The notes below the pieces were generated by a model. That model was not told the origin of the DNA. It did no database searches and worked only from the letters and a program-made list of their open reading frames with translations. A DNA stretch of 60,930 bases, taken from IMG/VR virus record IMGVR_UViG_3300010357_002195, positions 1-60,930 of that record. One strand, 5' to 3'. This document shows, one piece after another, positions 48,443 through 57,407 of this stretch (its first letter is position 1; every line of letters starts with the position of its first letter). Source of the stretch: a virus. The position numbers and the translations under genes were made by a program.

Positions 48443-49212
48443 TAGTAAGAGAATCCATAAATTTTGAAAGAGGAATAAATCCTAAAGTTGCTATGGGATT
48501 GGGCGTATTTTCTCCGGGTCGTCTTTTTAAATACGAGGATAGTCATGCTGTTAGACCCGAATTTCCCTCTGTTTTTGCATATATTGAAAGAGATAAAACA
48601 TATAATTACTATTTTTATATAGGAAGATTTATCGATCCAAAAGAATCTTTTACCGGATCCAATTTTACATTTGGAGGAAGTCCGCAAAGTGATAATAGAT
48701 ACAATCTTCAAAAAATAAAGGATGATCACATGGTTCTTTTATCAGAAAAAGAAAAGAAAGCATTAAGAAAGGTTTTTTCTGATGAAAATAATCAGGATAT
48801 TGTAGATTCTTTACAAAGAAAAATGAAAGCAAAAATTCTTTTAGAATCTTTATCATTTCAAAGAGGAAAATCTGAAAGGGAGATAAAAGATTTATTAGGA
48901 GAATGGAGACCAGGAAAATTAGTAATAAACCCTCATACAAATATAATATATGTTTTTCTTGGGATGAAGGATGAAGAAAATGCAGAAATATTTTCTCTAG
49001 GACATTTAAGAAATATTGGGAATTTCCCCAAAACCTATCTCAAAAAATATAAGAAAGTAACAGATTCAGAATGGACAAGAACTAATCTGAAGCCTACAAG
49101 AAACTTAAGGACTTTAACTGACGAGGAATATCATGTAGTAAAGCCTTCTTTATATCGGGAATATATAAATAAAGTCAAAGAAAATTTTGGCGTAGACATT
49201 ATTATACCATGA
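48439..49212 (+). CDS. Two-module tagged protein
   Basis: MIVRESINFERGINPKVAMGLG and LLESLSFQRGKSEREIKDLLG. Confidence 0.75.
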   Translation: MIVRESINFERGINPKVAMGLGVFSPGRLFKYEDSHAVRPEFPSVFAYIERDKTYNYYFYIGRFIDPKESFTGSNFTFGGSPQSDNRYNLQKIKDDHMVLLSEKEKKALRKVFSDENNQDIVDSLQRKMKAKILLESLSFQRGKSEREIKDLLGEWRPGKLVINPHTNIIYVFLGMKDEENAEIFSLGHLRNIGNFPKTYLKKYKKVTDSEWTRTNLKPTRNLRTLTDEEYHVVKPSLYREYINKVKENFGVDIIIP

Positions 49213-50087
49213 CAGAATTCATAATTAAAAGTATTTTATCTGAGGAACTTTTCGGACAGCGTTTATGCGAAAGTTTAGAGGATCAGCAAATTGTTGAATA
49301 CTTTTATCGTGAGCTTTTATTAGAAAAATTCTTATATGGGGAGCCAATAACAGTGCCAGAATTAAGAAAACTTTTACGTCAAAAAATCGTTAATTTTGAA
49401 TTTATAAAACTTGATGGGGAAGTTCGCCCGGCAGAGGGAACAACCATGATGAAGTATATTCCAAAGAAAGACCATCCTAAAGGAATACGTCCATCTTCTC
49501 CAAAAGTAGCTACCTTCTTTGATTTAGATAAAATGGCTTGGAGAAGTGTTTCCCAAAGAAGTAAAGAAATAGTTCTTAAGAAAGACGAAGAAAAAGGTCG
49601 TCCTGTTGTAGTTGTTCAGGATAAAGATAGGGAAGCTACAAAAGTTCCTAAGGAAAAACCAGTTGAAAAACCAAAAGTTGAACCAGTTGAAAAACCATAC
49701 GAAGAACCAATTGATGAACTCAACGTTGGAGACATCAGGTTCTACCTCAATCGATATGGCAAAGAAATTCAAATTGAGATTATTAGGATTGGAGACGATG
49801 GATCTGTATATGCAAGAACTATGGCAGATAATGCTCTCTTTAGAGTCCCTGAAGCTAGACTTAAAAATATCGGGGAAAAAGTTCCTGCAGAAGAAGTTCA
49901 AAGAGGAAGAAAAAAGATTCTTACTACGGAACCTATTAAATCAGAAAAACCTGCTCCTCCCCCAGCTGCTGCCCCTAAGAAAAAGATAGAAAAACCTACA
50001 ACTATTCTTCTTCCAAAAGAACAAGTTCCTTCGAAGGAACCCCCGGAAGAAATACAGACTGAAGAACCCGGAGCTGAAGAACTCTAA
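49209..50087 (+). CDS. SH3 beta-barrel (WYL-like, T4 61.1-like) protein with Pro/Lys-rich linkers
   Basis: IVNFEFIKLDGEVRPAEGT...TFFDLDKMAWRS. Confidence 0.65.
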   Translation: MTEFIIKSILSEELFGQRLCESLEDQQIVEYFYRELLLEKFLYGEPITVPELRKLLRQKIVNFEFIKLDGEVRPAEGTTMMKYIPKKDHPKGIRPSSPKVATFFDLDKMAWRSVSQRSKEIVLKKDEEKGRPVVVVQDKDREATKVPKEKPVEKPKVEPVEKPYEEPIDELNVGDIRFYLNRYGKEIQIEIIRIGDDGSVYARTMADNALFRVPEARLKNIGEKVPAEEVQRGRKKILTTEPIKSEKPAPPPAAAPKKKIEKPTTILLPKEQVPSKEPPEEIQTEEPGAEEL

Positions 50088-50105
50088 TTCTTTTGGACCC
50101 ATAAT

Positions 50106-50134
50106 AAAACTTTATGGGTCTTTTCATTTATAAT
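50106..50134 (+). promoter_or_regulatory. Putative middle-type promoter AAAACT-N17-TATAAT
   Basis: Exact spacing upstream of GMP reductase. Confidence 0.6.
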
Positions 50135-50152
50135 ACATGTAAAACTATAACA

Positions 50153-51232
50153 ATGGATAGAAAATGGGATCTTAGGGATATTGCGATTATCCCAACAATA
50201 CAAAGCGACATTTCAAGCAGAAAAGAATGCTTGGTAAAAACTGATTTTAATGGAAAAGAGATGCTTCCTTTAATGGCATCTCCTATGGATACTGTAGTTT
50301 GCGAAAAGAACTATGAAACCTTTATCGATCATGGTATCGTTCCTTGTTTACCTAGAGGATTTGCATCAAAGCATCTAATTCATACATCTTCTTATTTTCA
50401 AGCTTTTGGTCTTCATGAGATTGAATCAGCTTTGGAAACTTATACAAAAAATCTTAAATATGCTGAATTGGATCAGATGTTAGATGAAACTCATGATGAA
50501 TTTTATCATTATCCAAATGTCCTAATTGATATAGCAAATGGGCACATGGGTAAATTGATCCAGATAATAAAGGATATTAAAAAATATTGGCCAAACATTC
50601 AATTAATGGTAGGTAATGTGGCTAATCCTCTTACGTATAAAAACCTTGCTATGGCAGGTGCTGATTATGTAAGAATATCTATAGGATCTGGCGCGGGATG
50701 CACGACAGCCGCGAATGTAGCTATTAATTATCCTCTTGGCTCTCTAATTAGTGAATGCCATAAGATAAAAATAGAAAGCCATCTCGAAACAAAAATTGTA
50801 GCTGATGGCGGAATGCAAGGATATGATGACATAATCAAAGCCCTTGGATTAGGAGCAGATTTTGTTATGATTGGTTCTTTATTTAATAAAGCCATGCAAA
50901 GTGCAGGATTTAATTATCTATGGGGTAAGAGAATAAAATCCTATGAATTAGCTAAGACCTTATGGAAGTGGGGTTTCCCCGTGAAGAAAAAATATAGGGG
51001 GATGAGTACAAAAGCTGTTCAAAGAAGTTGGGGAAAATCTAAACTTGTAACAGCTGAAGGAATAACGAAATATCAAAAAATTGAATATAATCTTTCTCAA
51101 TGGGTGGAAAATTTCGAGGACTATTTAAGATCCAATATGAGTTATTGCGGATCCAGAACTCTCCCAGAATTTATAGGGGAAGCTGAATATGTTTTCATTA
51201 CGGAAAATGCTTTAAGAAGATTTACAAAGTGA
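50153..51232 (+). CDS. guaC: GMP reductase (IMPDH/GMPR family)
   Basis: PLMASPMDTV, IDIANGH, VGNV, IGSGAGCTT, VADGG, GADFVMIGS and YRGMST. No CBS domains. Confidence 0.8.
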   Translation: MDRKWDLRDIAIIPTIQSDISSRKECLVKTDFNGKEMLPLMASPMDTVVCEKNYETFIDHGIVPCLPRGFASKHLIHTSSYFQAFGLHEIESALETYTKNLKYAELDQMLDETHDEFYHYPNVLIDIANGHMGKLIQIIKDIKKYWPNIQLMVGNVANPLTYKNLAMAGADYVRISIGSGAGCTTAANVAINYPLGSLISECHKIKIESHLETKIVADGGMQGYDDIIKALGLGADFVMIGSLFNKAMQSAGFNYLWGKRIKSYELAKTLWKWGFPVKKKYRGMSTKAVQRSWGKSKLVTAEGITKYQKIEYNLSQWVENFEDYLRSNMSYCGSRTLPEFIGEAEYVFITENALRRFTK

Positions 51233-51856
51233 TTTTTTATATTTTCCCCTCTTTACTCCAGTTCTGGAGGCAGACATCTTTTTTCTAGTTTCTTCTGACA
51301 TTTTTTTATTGAGCCAGGGTTTATTTCTTGCATTATTTTTACTTATTTTTTGTCTAGATTCTTCAGAATGATGCCACCCCTTATTTTTTGAAATATAGTT
51401 TGCATAGGTTTTTTCATTCATGGGAATTCCCTTATTCCATGCTGTTTTTCCTTTTTTTGAAATACTAATTTTTTGTTTTGTCTCATCTGACATTTTTCTA
51501 TTTTTGTTTCGAGAAATTCCTTTGGATGATTGAGAGATTCTCGCTTTGGATAACTCCGAGTGACTAAAGCACCCTCTAACCCCCAACCCTCCGGTCGGGC
51601 TTAAATTATATCCGTTGGGAAATAAAGTATTATATTTTTGAATATATTTTTCCTGTGCATTAAAAGCCTCCTTCTTTGATGGAAAAACTTCCAGGATTTC
51701 TTTTTTGAAATTTTGTTTTCCGTATTGTCTTAAAGCTCTTTGTAAATAAGGCCTTCCACTTCCGAGATAACCATCATTTAAATCATTTGTAGAATGATCC
51801 CCTACATATTGTTTTCCATTAATTAAATTAGTAGTTATATAAACAAAGTGAATCAT
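51212..51856 (-). mobile_element. GIY-YIG homing endonuclease with NUMOD3 repeats
   Basis: FVYITTNLINGKQYVG, YLGSG, GYNLSPTGG and HSEESRQKIS. It is oriented opposite to its neighbours. Confidence 0.85.
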
Positions 51857-51921
51857 AAACTTTTTTGGTTTCTTTTCATATAAGATATATAAAATATATA
51901 TTCAAAACAGATCTAGCAATA

Positions 51922-52710
51922 ATGGCGATAATACTATATAGCAACGGTCTTACTGAGGAAATATTACCGCAAGGATTAACTTTTTCAGATGAAGAAATTT
52001 TAGGTTTCTTTAAGGCATTTAATAATATCCAAACAAAAAGATTGGACGAAGTTCCTAATACATGGTGCGTATGGGGTGAATTAAAAAATCCAGCTGAAGA
52101 TGATTATAATAAATTAGCTTCAGAAGTTATTCAGGAACATTGTTATTCTCAGATATTTTTTCTTCATGATACAGAAGTGGACCCATCTTGGAATTTAACG
52201 GATGCTGTAATCTATGATAATTATTTAATATTTAAGAAAAAAATTCTTAAATTTCTAGATGAAATAGCTATTGAAACTATTCGGGAGATCGAGCAAATAA
52301 GAGAAGAAACAGGAAAAACTAATATGTCTCTTGAACAAGTTGCTGTTTCAACGGACAAACGAGTTATATTTAAATTGGATCCTAATAAACAAGATTCCCA
52401 TTTCTTTAAACCCGATAATTTCCAGGAATTTGCTATTAAATGCTATAATTTTATTGATACCTCTTATAAGGACGGAATAATCTTTCCTATATATGCAGAT
52501 AAAAAGATGATCATAGTTTTGGATCAAAATCAGGTAAAACCATATTTGGATCTTCTAATCGACTTCTTTCAGAAAAAAGAGGAATTTGAAAAATGCGCAA
52601 GACTTAGAGATATTTATAAAAGCTGGGTAGCCTTTAATGAAAAGCAAAAAAATAAGCCAAAAAGAGGAAGACCTAAAAAGAAAAAACAGGATGATACCCC
52701 AACTTCCTAA
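51922..52710 (+). CDS. Hypothetical protein with a UVR-like C-terminal motif
   Basis: EEFEKCARLRD. AGATATATAA at 51883-51892. Confidence 0.55.
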   Translation: MAIILYSNGLTEEILPQGLTFSDEEILGFFKAFNNIQTKRLDEVPNTWCVWGELKNPAEDDYNKLASEVIQEHCYSQIFFLHDTEVDPSWNLTDAVIYDNYLIFKKKILKFLDEIAIETIREIEQIREETGKTNMSLEQVAVSTDKRVIFKLDPNKQDSHFFKPDNFQEFAIKCYNFIDTSYKDGIIFPIYADKKMIIVLDQNQVKPYLDLLIDFFQKKEEFEKCARLRDIYKSWVAFNEKQKNKPKRGRPKKKKQDDTPTS

Positions 52711-53416
52711 TATAATATTAAATCAGATTGATGGATCTTCATTTCGAGAAATCTCCCCTATTTTACCTGAATTCATAGAATTCCCGTTAATCCTTTGTCT
52801 GGATTCTAATGGAAAATTATATTGGAACAATCAAATAAAAGAAAATTCTATTGAAGTTCATTCAAGCCATTTCGATCTAGGATTTTTCTATAAAGAAGGA
52901 AGAATAGGATTAGGAAGGGAGCCTCTTTTTAATTATAAATTTGATATAGCTGTTTCAGAAAATACTTTATCTACGGCATTTCATATTGGGGATGGCCGAT
53001 ATGGATTTTCTATGGGCAACGGAACAGAAATTGGATTTCTTCCAGAGATAATTGGTATGGGAAGTTCAGAAGAGGATGCAGGGCTTTATTTTATAGGTCG
53101 TGCTGGAAATTCTATTCCCTCAGACATTCCCCTTATAATAATAGATGGGAGAAATTCCGCTGACGAAGAACTTATAAATCGTCCTATATTAGGTATTACT
53201 AGTGCTAATTACAAAAAATATAAAGTCCTTATTGACCAAAAAGGCAATGTAGGAATAGGGAAAAAACCAGAAATATATAAGATGGAAGTGGATGGTGAAA
53301 TTAGTGCTACAGACTTTATAATAAGAGGTATCAGTATTATTGATATTATCCAGGAGTACCAAGATGAAATAAAGGAATTAAAAAATAAGATAGAAGCGCT
53401 TAGGCAACAGAAGTAA
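52691..53416 (+). CDS. Putative tail-fibre/spike-associated protein
   Basis: RIGLGREP and GNVGIGKKPE...VDGEI beta repeats with a terminal coiled coil. Confidence 0.45.
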   Translation: MIPQLPNIILNQIDGSSFREISPILPEFIEFPLILCLDSNGKLYWNNQIKENSIEVHSSHFDLGFFYKEGRIGLGREPLFNYKFDIAVSENTLSTAFHIGDGRYGFSMGNGTEIGFLPEIIGMGSSEEDAGLYFIGRAGNSIPSDIPLIIIDGRNSADEELINRPILGITSANYKKYKVLIDQKGNVGIGKKPEIYKMEVDGEISATDFIIRGISIIDIIQEYQDEIKELKNKIEALRQQK

Positions 53417-53430
53417 AATAAAAAGAATGG

Positions 53431-53922
53431 ATGATCCAAACGTTTATATTGGGGCTCTTAGTAATACTTTGCATTCTCTTAGTAGTATCTATATTTAAAA
53501 AACCCTTTGATTATACTCCGAGAAACCCATGCCGCTTTAAGATATTGGAGCCGCAATTTACTGTGGAAAATGGCAAAAAGAAGGCTTCTTTCATGATTTT
53601 AGTGGAGAAAAAGCATAGATATTTTATTAATTTTCCTTTGTCCTTTAAATTTTATTCTGAACAGGAATTTAAATCCCTTGTTAGAATTTATTATACAATC
53701 CCTAATTATCCAAAGCAAAAGCTTTTAGAAAAATTTATTGAATATACTTCTAAAAAAACTAAAGAGCATATTGTTTATCTTACGGATGTTGTAGTTGGCA
53801 AAGTTATTATTGATATAGAGCTTGAAATAGAAAATGGAAATCCTACAATATTATTTCAAATCCTCGAAAATAGTACCTGTGATTTAACCAAGGATCAAAT
53901 ATTGGAAATAAAGTTCCCGTAA
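53431..53922 (+). CDS. Membrane-anchored hypothetical protein
   Basis: N-terminal TM helix. Confidence 0.55.
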   Translation: MIQTFILGLLVILCILLVVSIFKKPFDYTPRNPCRFKILEPQFTVENGKKKASFMILVEKKHRYFINFPLSFKFYSEQEFKSLVRIYYTIPNYPKQKLLEKFIEYTSKKTKEHIVYLTDVVVGKVIIDIELEIENGNPTILFQILENSTCDLTKDQILEIKFP

Positions 53923-53948
53923 ATTTTTAACAATTTTTTAACAGAAAA

Positions 53949-53991
53949 GATCCCCGGAATTTTTTTTCTTCGGGGATTTTTTGTATATTTG
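53949..53991 (+). promoter_or_regulatory. Terminator hairpin followed by a Bacteroidota -7 promoter element
   Basis: ATCCCCG...CGGGGAT plus T-run, and TATATTTG (TAnnTTTG) at 53984-53991 before ligA. Confidence 0.6.
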
Positions 53992-54009
53992 TCCCGTAAA
54001 AAGTTATCT

Positions 54010-55905
54010 ATGGAAAATATTCAGATACTCGAGGAAAAATATCTCAAAGCGAAAATAGCTTATTATGAAGGCTTCCCTTTTATGACTGATGCAGAATTTG
54101 ATGCATTGGAATCCTTATTGAAAGAAAGGGGGTCGAAAGCTATTGAACAAGTTGGTTCAAAGAGAAAAGATTTCGACTTTACCCATCCAACCAAGATGCT
54201 TTCCCTTTCAAAGATCCAGACGGAGGATACAGAGTCTGGAACAAATTATATGGAAGAATCCTTTCAAAAATGGTATCAGAAAAGATCACAGCAGATCGGA
54301 AAAGTTTCCCCTTTATTTTCATCTCCTAAATTTGATGGAAATGCTATAAATATAATATATCGCGGGGATACGCTCGCAAATGTTCTTACCAGAGGGGACG
54401 GATTTACCGGCAAAGATATTACCAGGAGATTTTCTCTTAAACTCCCGCAGAAACTTATTATTTTTGGTCTTGATCCCATTACAGACGAAGACGTTATTGA
54501 AATTCGTTGTGAAGTAGTTATCAAAACTAAACTTTTTCAGGAAAAATATTCTGCTGAATTTGCTAACCCCAGAAATTATGTTGCAGGTGTTATTGGTAAG
54601 GATGACGAGGATCTTGAAAAAATGTCAGAACTGGATATTATTCCTCTGAATTTTTTAATTAATGGAAAATTTGCCTCCCCATCCGTATTTTCTAAAAATG
54701 AGATTTTTTCCAAAAATTTCAATACAATTGTTCCAGCAGATGATTATATTACGACTCTGAAAGCTTATGAGATGCTCAGAGAAGAATATCCATATCAATT
54801 GGATGGCGTTGTATTTGCATTCCCTGTTGAATATAGGGAATTATTGGGGGAGAATGATCATGACCCTGAATGGGCAGTAGCTATAAAATTTGTTCCGGCT
54901 GAAGTTGTAACAACAGTAGAAGGTATTGAATGGAACCTATCAAAAAGGGGAGAAATTATACCAACCTTACTTCTTAAACCTGTTTTCTTAGATGGTTCTA
55001 CGGTTTCGAGAGCTTCTGGATATAATGCAAAATATGTTATCGAAAAAGGAATTGGAAAGGGAGCTTTAGTTTCTATAGCAAAAGCCGGAGATATTATTCC
55101 TGAAATACAAAAGGTTATTGCTCCTTCCTCGGAAAATGCTCCTCTTCCAGAAACCTGCCCTGCATGTGGAAAATTAGCTGTTTGGAATGATTCAGAAGTT
55201 CATATTATTTGTTCCGATCCAAATTGTCACGGAAGAATTGCTAAGCAGCTTTCTTATGCTGTAAAAATTCTTGAAATCCAGAGAGTTGGAGAAAAAACTA
55301 TCGAACCCTTTGCAAAGGATTTCAAAAATATGTTTGAACTCATGGTTTGGGTTCTTGGTGCAGGAGCTGCTACAAAAGATATTGAAAAATATGGTATCAA
55401 ATGGAATTCTCGCTCCCATGAAATATTCGTCCAGGCATTTATGAATATCAAATCTTTAACCTATACCCAGGTTATTCAGATGCTCGGATATGATAACGTT
55501 GGGGAGAAAATTTCAACTCAGCTTGCTCGAGAACATGCAGGACTTGATTATGATTATGCAAATCTTGAAAGAGCCTTGGTAGCCAAATTAAGAAGTCCGG
55601 AGGTTAGCAATTATATTAAAAAGGTGGTTTTAACTTTGGAAAGCTTGGGAATTACTATTGATAAGCCAAAAGCAAGCCCAACAACAGGAACTATTTATGT
55701 TTGCATGACTGGAAGCCCAAAACCTTTTGGATTTGCAACAAAAGCAGATTTTATCTCTAAGTTCCCGATGCTTGAAGAGGTTTCAATTTCTGATAAAAAA
55801 TGTCAATTCCTTATCACGGATGATTATAATTCTACCAGCAACAAAATGGGGGTAGCAACTAAAAAAGGAATTCAGATACGTACATACGGAGATTTTAAAA
55901 TTTAA
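54010..55905 (+). CDS. ligA: NAD-dependent DNA ligase
   Basis: AYYEG..MTDAEFD, HPTKMLSL, PKFDG, TRGDG, NPRN, LDGVV, AIKF, KAGDIIP, C4 zinc finger and BRCT-like end. Confidence 0.93.
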   Translation: MENIQILEEKYLKAKIAYYEGFPFMTDAEFDALESLLKERGSKAIEQVGSKRKDFDFTHPTKMLSLSKIQTEDTESGTNYMEESFQKWYQKRSQQIGKVSPLFSSPKFDGNAINIIYRGDTLANVLTRGDGFTGKDITRRFSLKLPQKLIIFGLDPITDEDVIEIRCEVVIKTKLFQEKYSAEFANPRNYVAGVIGKDDEDLEKMSELDIIPLNFLINGKFASPSVFSKNEIFSKNFNTIVPADDYITTLKAYEMLREEYPYQLDGVVFAFPVEYRELLGENDHDPEWAVAIKFVPAEVVTTVEGIEWNLSKRGEIIPTLLLKPVFLDGSTVSRASGYNAKYVIEKGIGKGALVSIAKAGDIIPEIQKVIAPSSENAPLPETCPACGKLAVWNDSEVHIICSDPNCHGRIAKQLSYAVKILEIQRVGEKTIEPFAKDFKNMFELMVWVLGAGAATKDIEKYGIKWNSRSHEIFVQAFMNIKSLTYTQVIQMLGYDNVGEKISTQLAREHAGLDYDYANLERALVAKLRSPEVSNYIKKVVLTLESLGITIDKPKASPTTGTIYVCMTGSPKPFGFATKADFISKFPMLEEVSISDKKCQFLITDDYNSTSNKMGVATKKGIQIRTYGDFKI

Positions 55906-55931
55906 TCTTCCACCCCTTAATAATTAAAAAT

Positions 55932-56099
55932 ATGAAAAAATATTCCGTAACAGTCATGCATCCAGGGGGGACTACTTATAACTATACCGTAGTCGCTAAC
56001 AGATTTTATTTTGATCACGATTCTATCATTTTTGTTAAGGATGGAGGTGAAGTTGAAGTTTATCCCCAGAATTTAACAATTGTAAAAGGAGAAGGATGA
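55932..56099 (+). CDS. Small hypothetical protein (55 aa, not in ORF track)
   Basis: A-rich start, and the stop overlaps the next ATG. Confidence 0.5.
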   Translation: MKKYSVTVMHPGGTTYNYTVVANRFYFDHDSIIFVKDGGEVEVYPQNLTIVKGEG

Positions 56100-56383
56100 T
56101 TAATCCAAACTATACCACAGATTATTTCGAAGCAGGAGATGTAGTTCTTTATGTCCCCCAGCATGCTTTGAATGACTATAGAACATGGGTCGGCGGAGGA
56201 GATATTGATGAAGGAGGAATATTCGATCCAAAAATGAGTTTTTACAAATTCGAACAAGGAATAGTTTCTTCAAAAAACGATACTTATGTTTTTGTTAAAT
56301 ATTGGCATAAGGGGGAACTTTCAACAACGTCAGAAGCTACAAACCCCAAAGATTTAGTTCTTTGGAAAAAATCAGAAAAATGA
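56096..56383 (+). CDS. Hypothetical protein
   Basis: ORF with overlapping start/stop junctions. Confidence 0.55.
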   Translation: MINPNYTTDYFEAGDVVLYVPQHALNDYRTWVGGGDIDEGGIFDPKMSFYKFEQGIVSSKNDTYVFVKYWHKGELSTTSEATNPKDLVLWKKSEK

Positions 56384-56928
56384 AAGAACAAAAATTTCCT
56401 ATTTATTTTTTTAGTGCTCGCTGGTCTCAGGATGGGGAGCAGGACCCAAATTATCCCAAATGGTATGAAGGATTACCGGAAGGAAGAATTTGGAATAGCA
56501 CAGGATTCAGCAAAATGTTTCGCGAAGAACAAACTCAGGAACAGCTTGATGCTTTTGTTCAGGATTGGTGGCAAGCATTTCTAAAAAATAAAGAAGAAGC
56601 GGAATTCAAAATTATAAATCCGGAATTGGATTATCTCAAAGCTGAGTACAAAAAGCACGATACATGGGTCTTAACCTGGTTTCAGCACGAGACTTTTGAT
56701 ATTGGCCAAACTGATGAGGAAGCTCTTCAAAGCTTTGAAGATTATGTTTCCCGGATTGAAAATGAAAATAGAGGTAAATCTGAAATGGAAGGAACTCCTC
56801 TTATGGGTGCGGAAGATCGTTGGAGATGGAGGGGTGCTGATGAAAACGGAAATTATAGCGAGGATGCCCCTGCTCCTTGCCGATGTAAGTATTGCAAAGA
56901 ACAAGGTGTATTAAGAATAGCACATTAA
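56362..56928 (+). CDS. Hypothetical protein with a C-terminal CxCxxC motif
   Basis: PAPCRCKYCK. Trp-rich. Confidence 0.55.
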   Translation: MEKIRKMKEQKFPIYFFSARWSQDGEQDPNYPKWYEGLPEGRIWNSTGFSKMFREEQTQEQLDAFVQDWWQAFLKNKEEAEFKIINPELDYLKAEYKKHDTWVLTWFQHETFDIGQTDEEALQSFEDYVSRIENENRGKSEMEGTPLMGAEDRWRWRGADENGNYSEDAPAPCRCKYCKEQGVLRIAH

Positions 56929-56929
56929 T

Positions 56930-57367
56930 ATGGGATTACTTTCATTCGATAAGCCAAAAAAAGTCCGCACTACTGAAGAGCATAACAAAATGTTTTCTTC
57001 TGATTGTGGTGTTGCCGGAACTTATGTTCCTAATATGAGTAAAGAGGATGAACTTAAATGGAAAGCAAAACATATTAAGGGCGATGATGAAAGGGTGGAG
57101 ATAAGGAAAGAATTTGGCGGAGCTAATTTGGTGGTCATTGTTTATAAAAATCAATATAACCCTCCATTCCCGGATTCTCCTTCAATGAAAAAATATAATA
57201 CCCCCGAATATGAGAAAGAATATAAAAGATACCGGGAGAGGTTAAAGAAATATTATACAAAACATAATGAAATAAAAATATCTTCCAATGGAACTATGGA
57301 TATAACATGGGAGGATTGGAGGGAGCTTCAGGATGCTATAAAAGAAGCTTTGGAAATACTTCTTTAG
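56930..57367 (+). CDS. Hypothetical protein
   Basis: ORF in an operon. Confidence 0.55.
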   Translation: MGLLSFDKPKKVRTTEEHNKMFSSDCGVAGTYVPNMSKEDELKWKAKHIKGDDERVEIRKEFGGANLVVIVYKNQYNPPFPDSPSMKKYNTPEYEKEYKRYRERLKKYYTKHNEIKISSNGTMDITWEDWRELQDAIKEALEILL

Positions 57368-57407
57368 CTATGTGGCAATATGTGGCAGTTTTTAACAAAC
57401 TTTAACA

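Noticed and set aside
50153-51232. Call as IMP dehydrogenase (guaB)
   Set aside because: The short length without CBS domains and the IDIANGH motif fit GMP reductase better, though IMPDH is not fully excluded.
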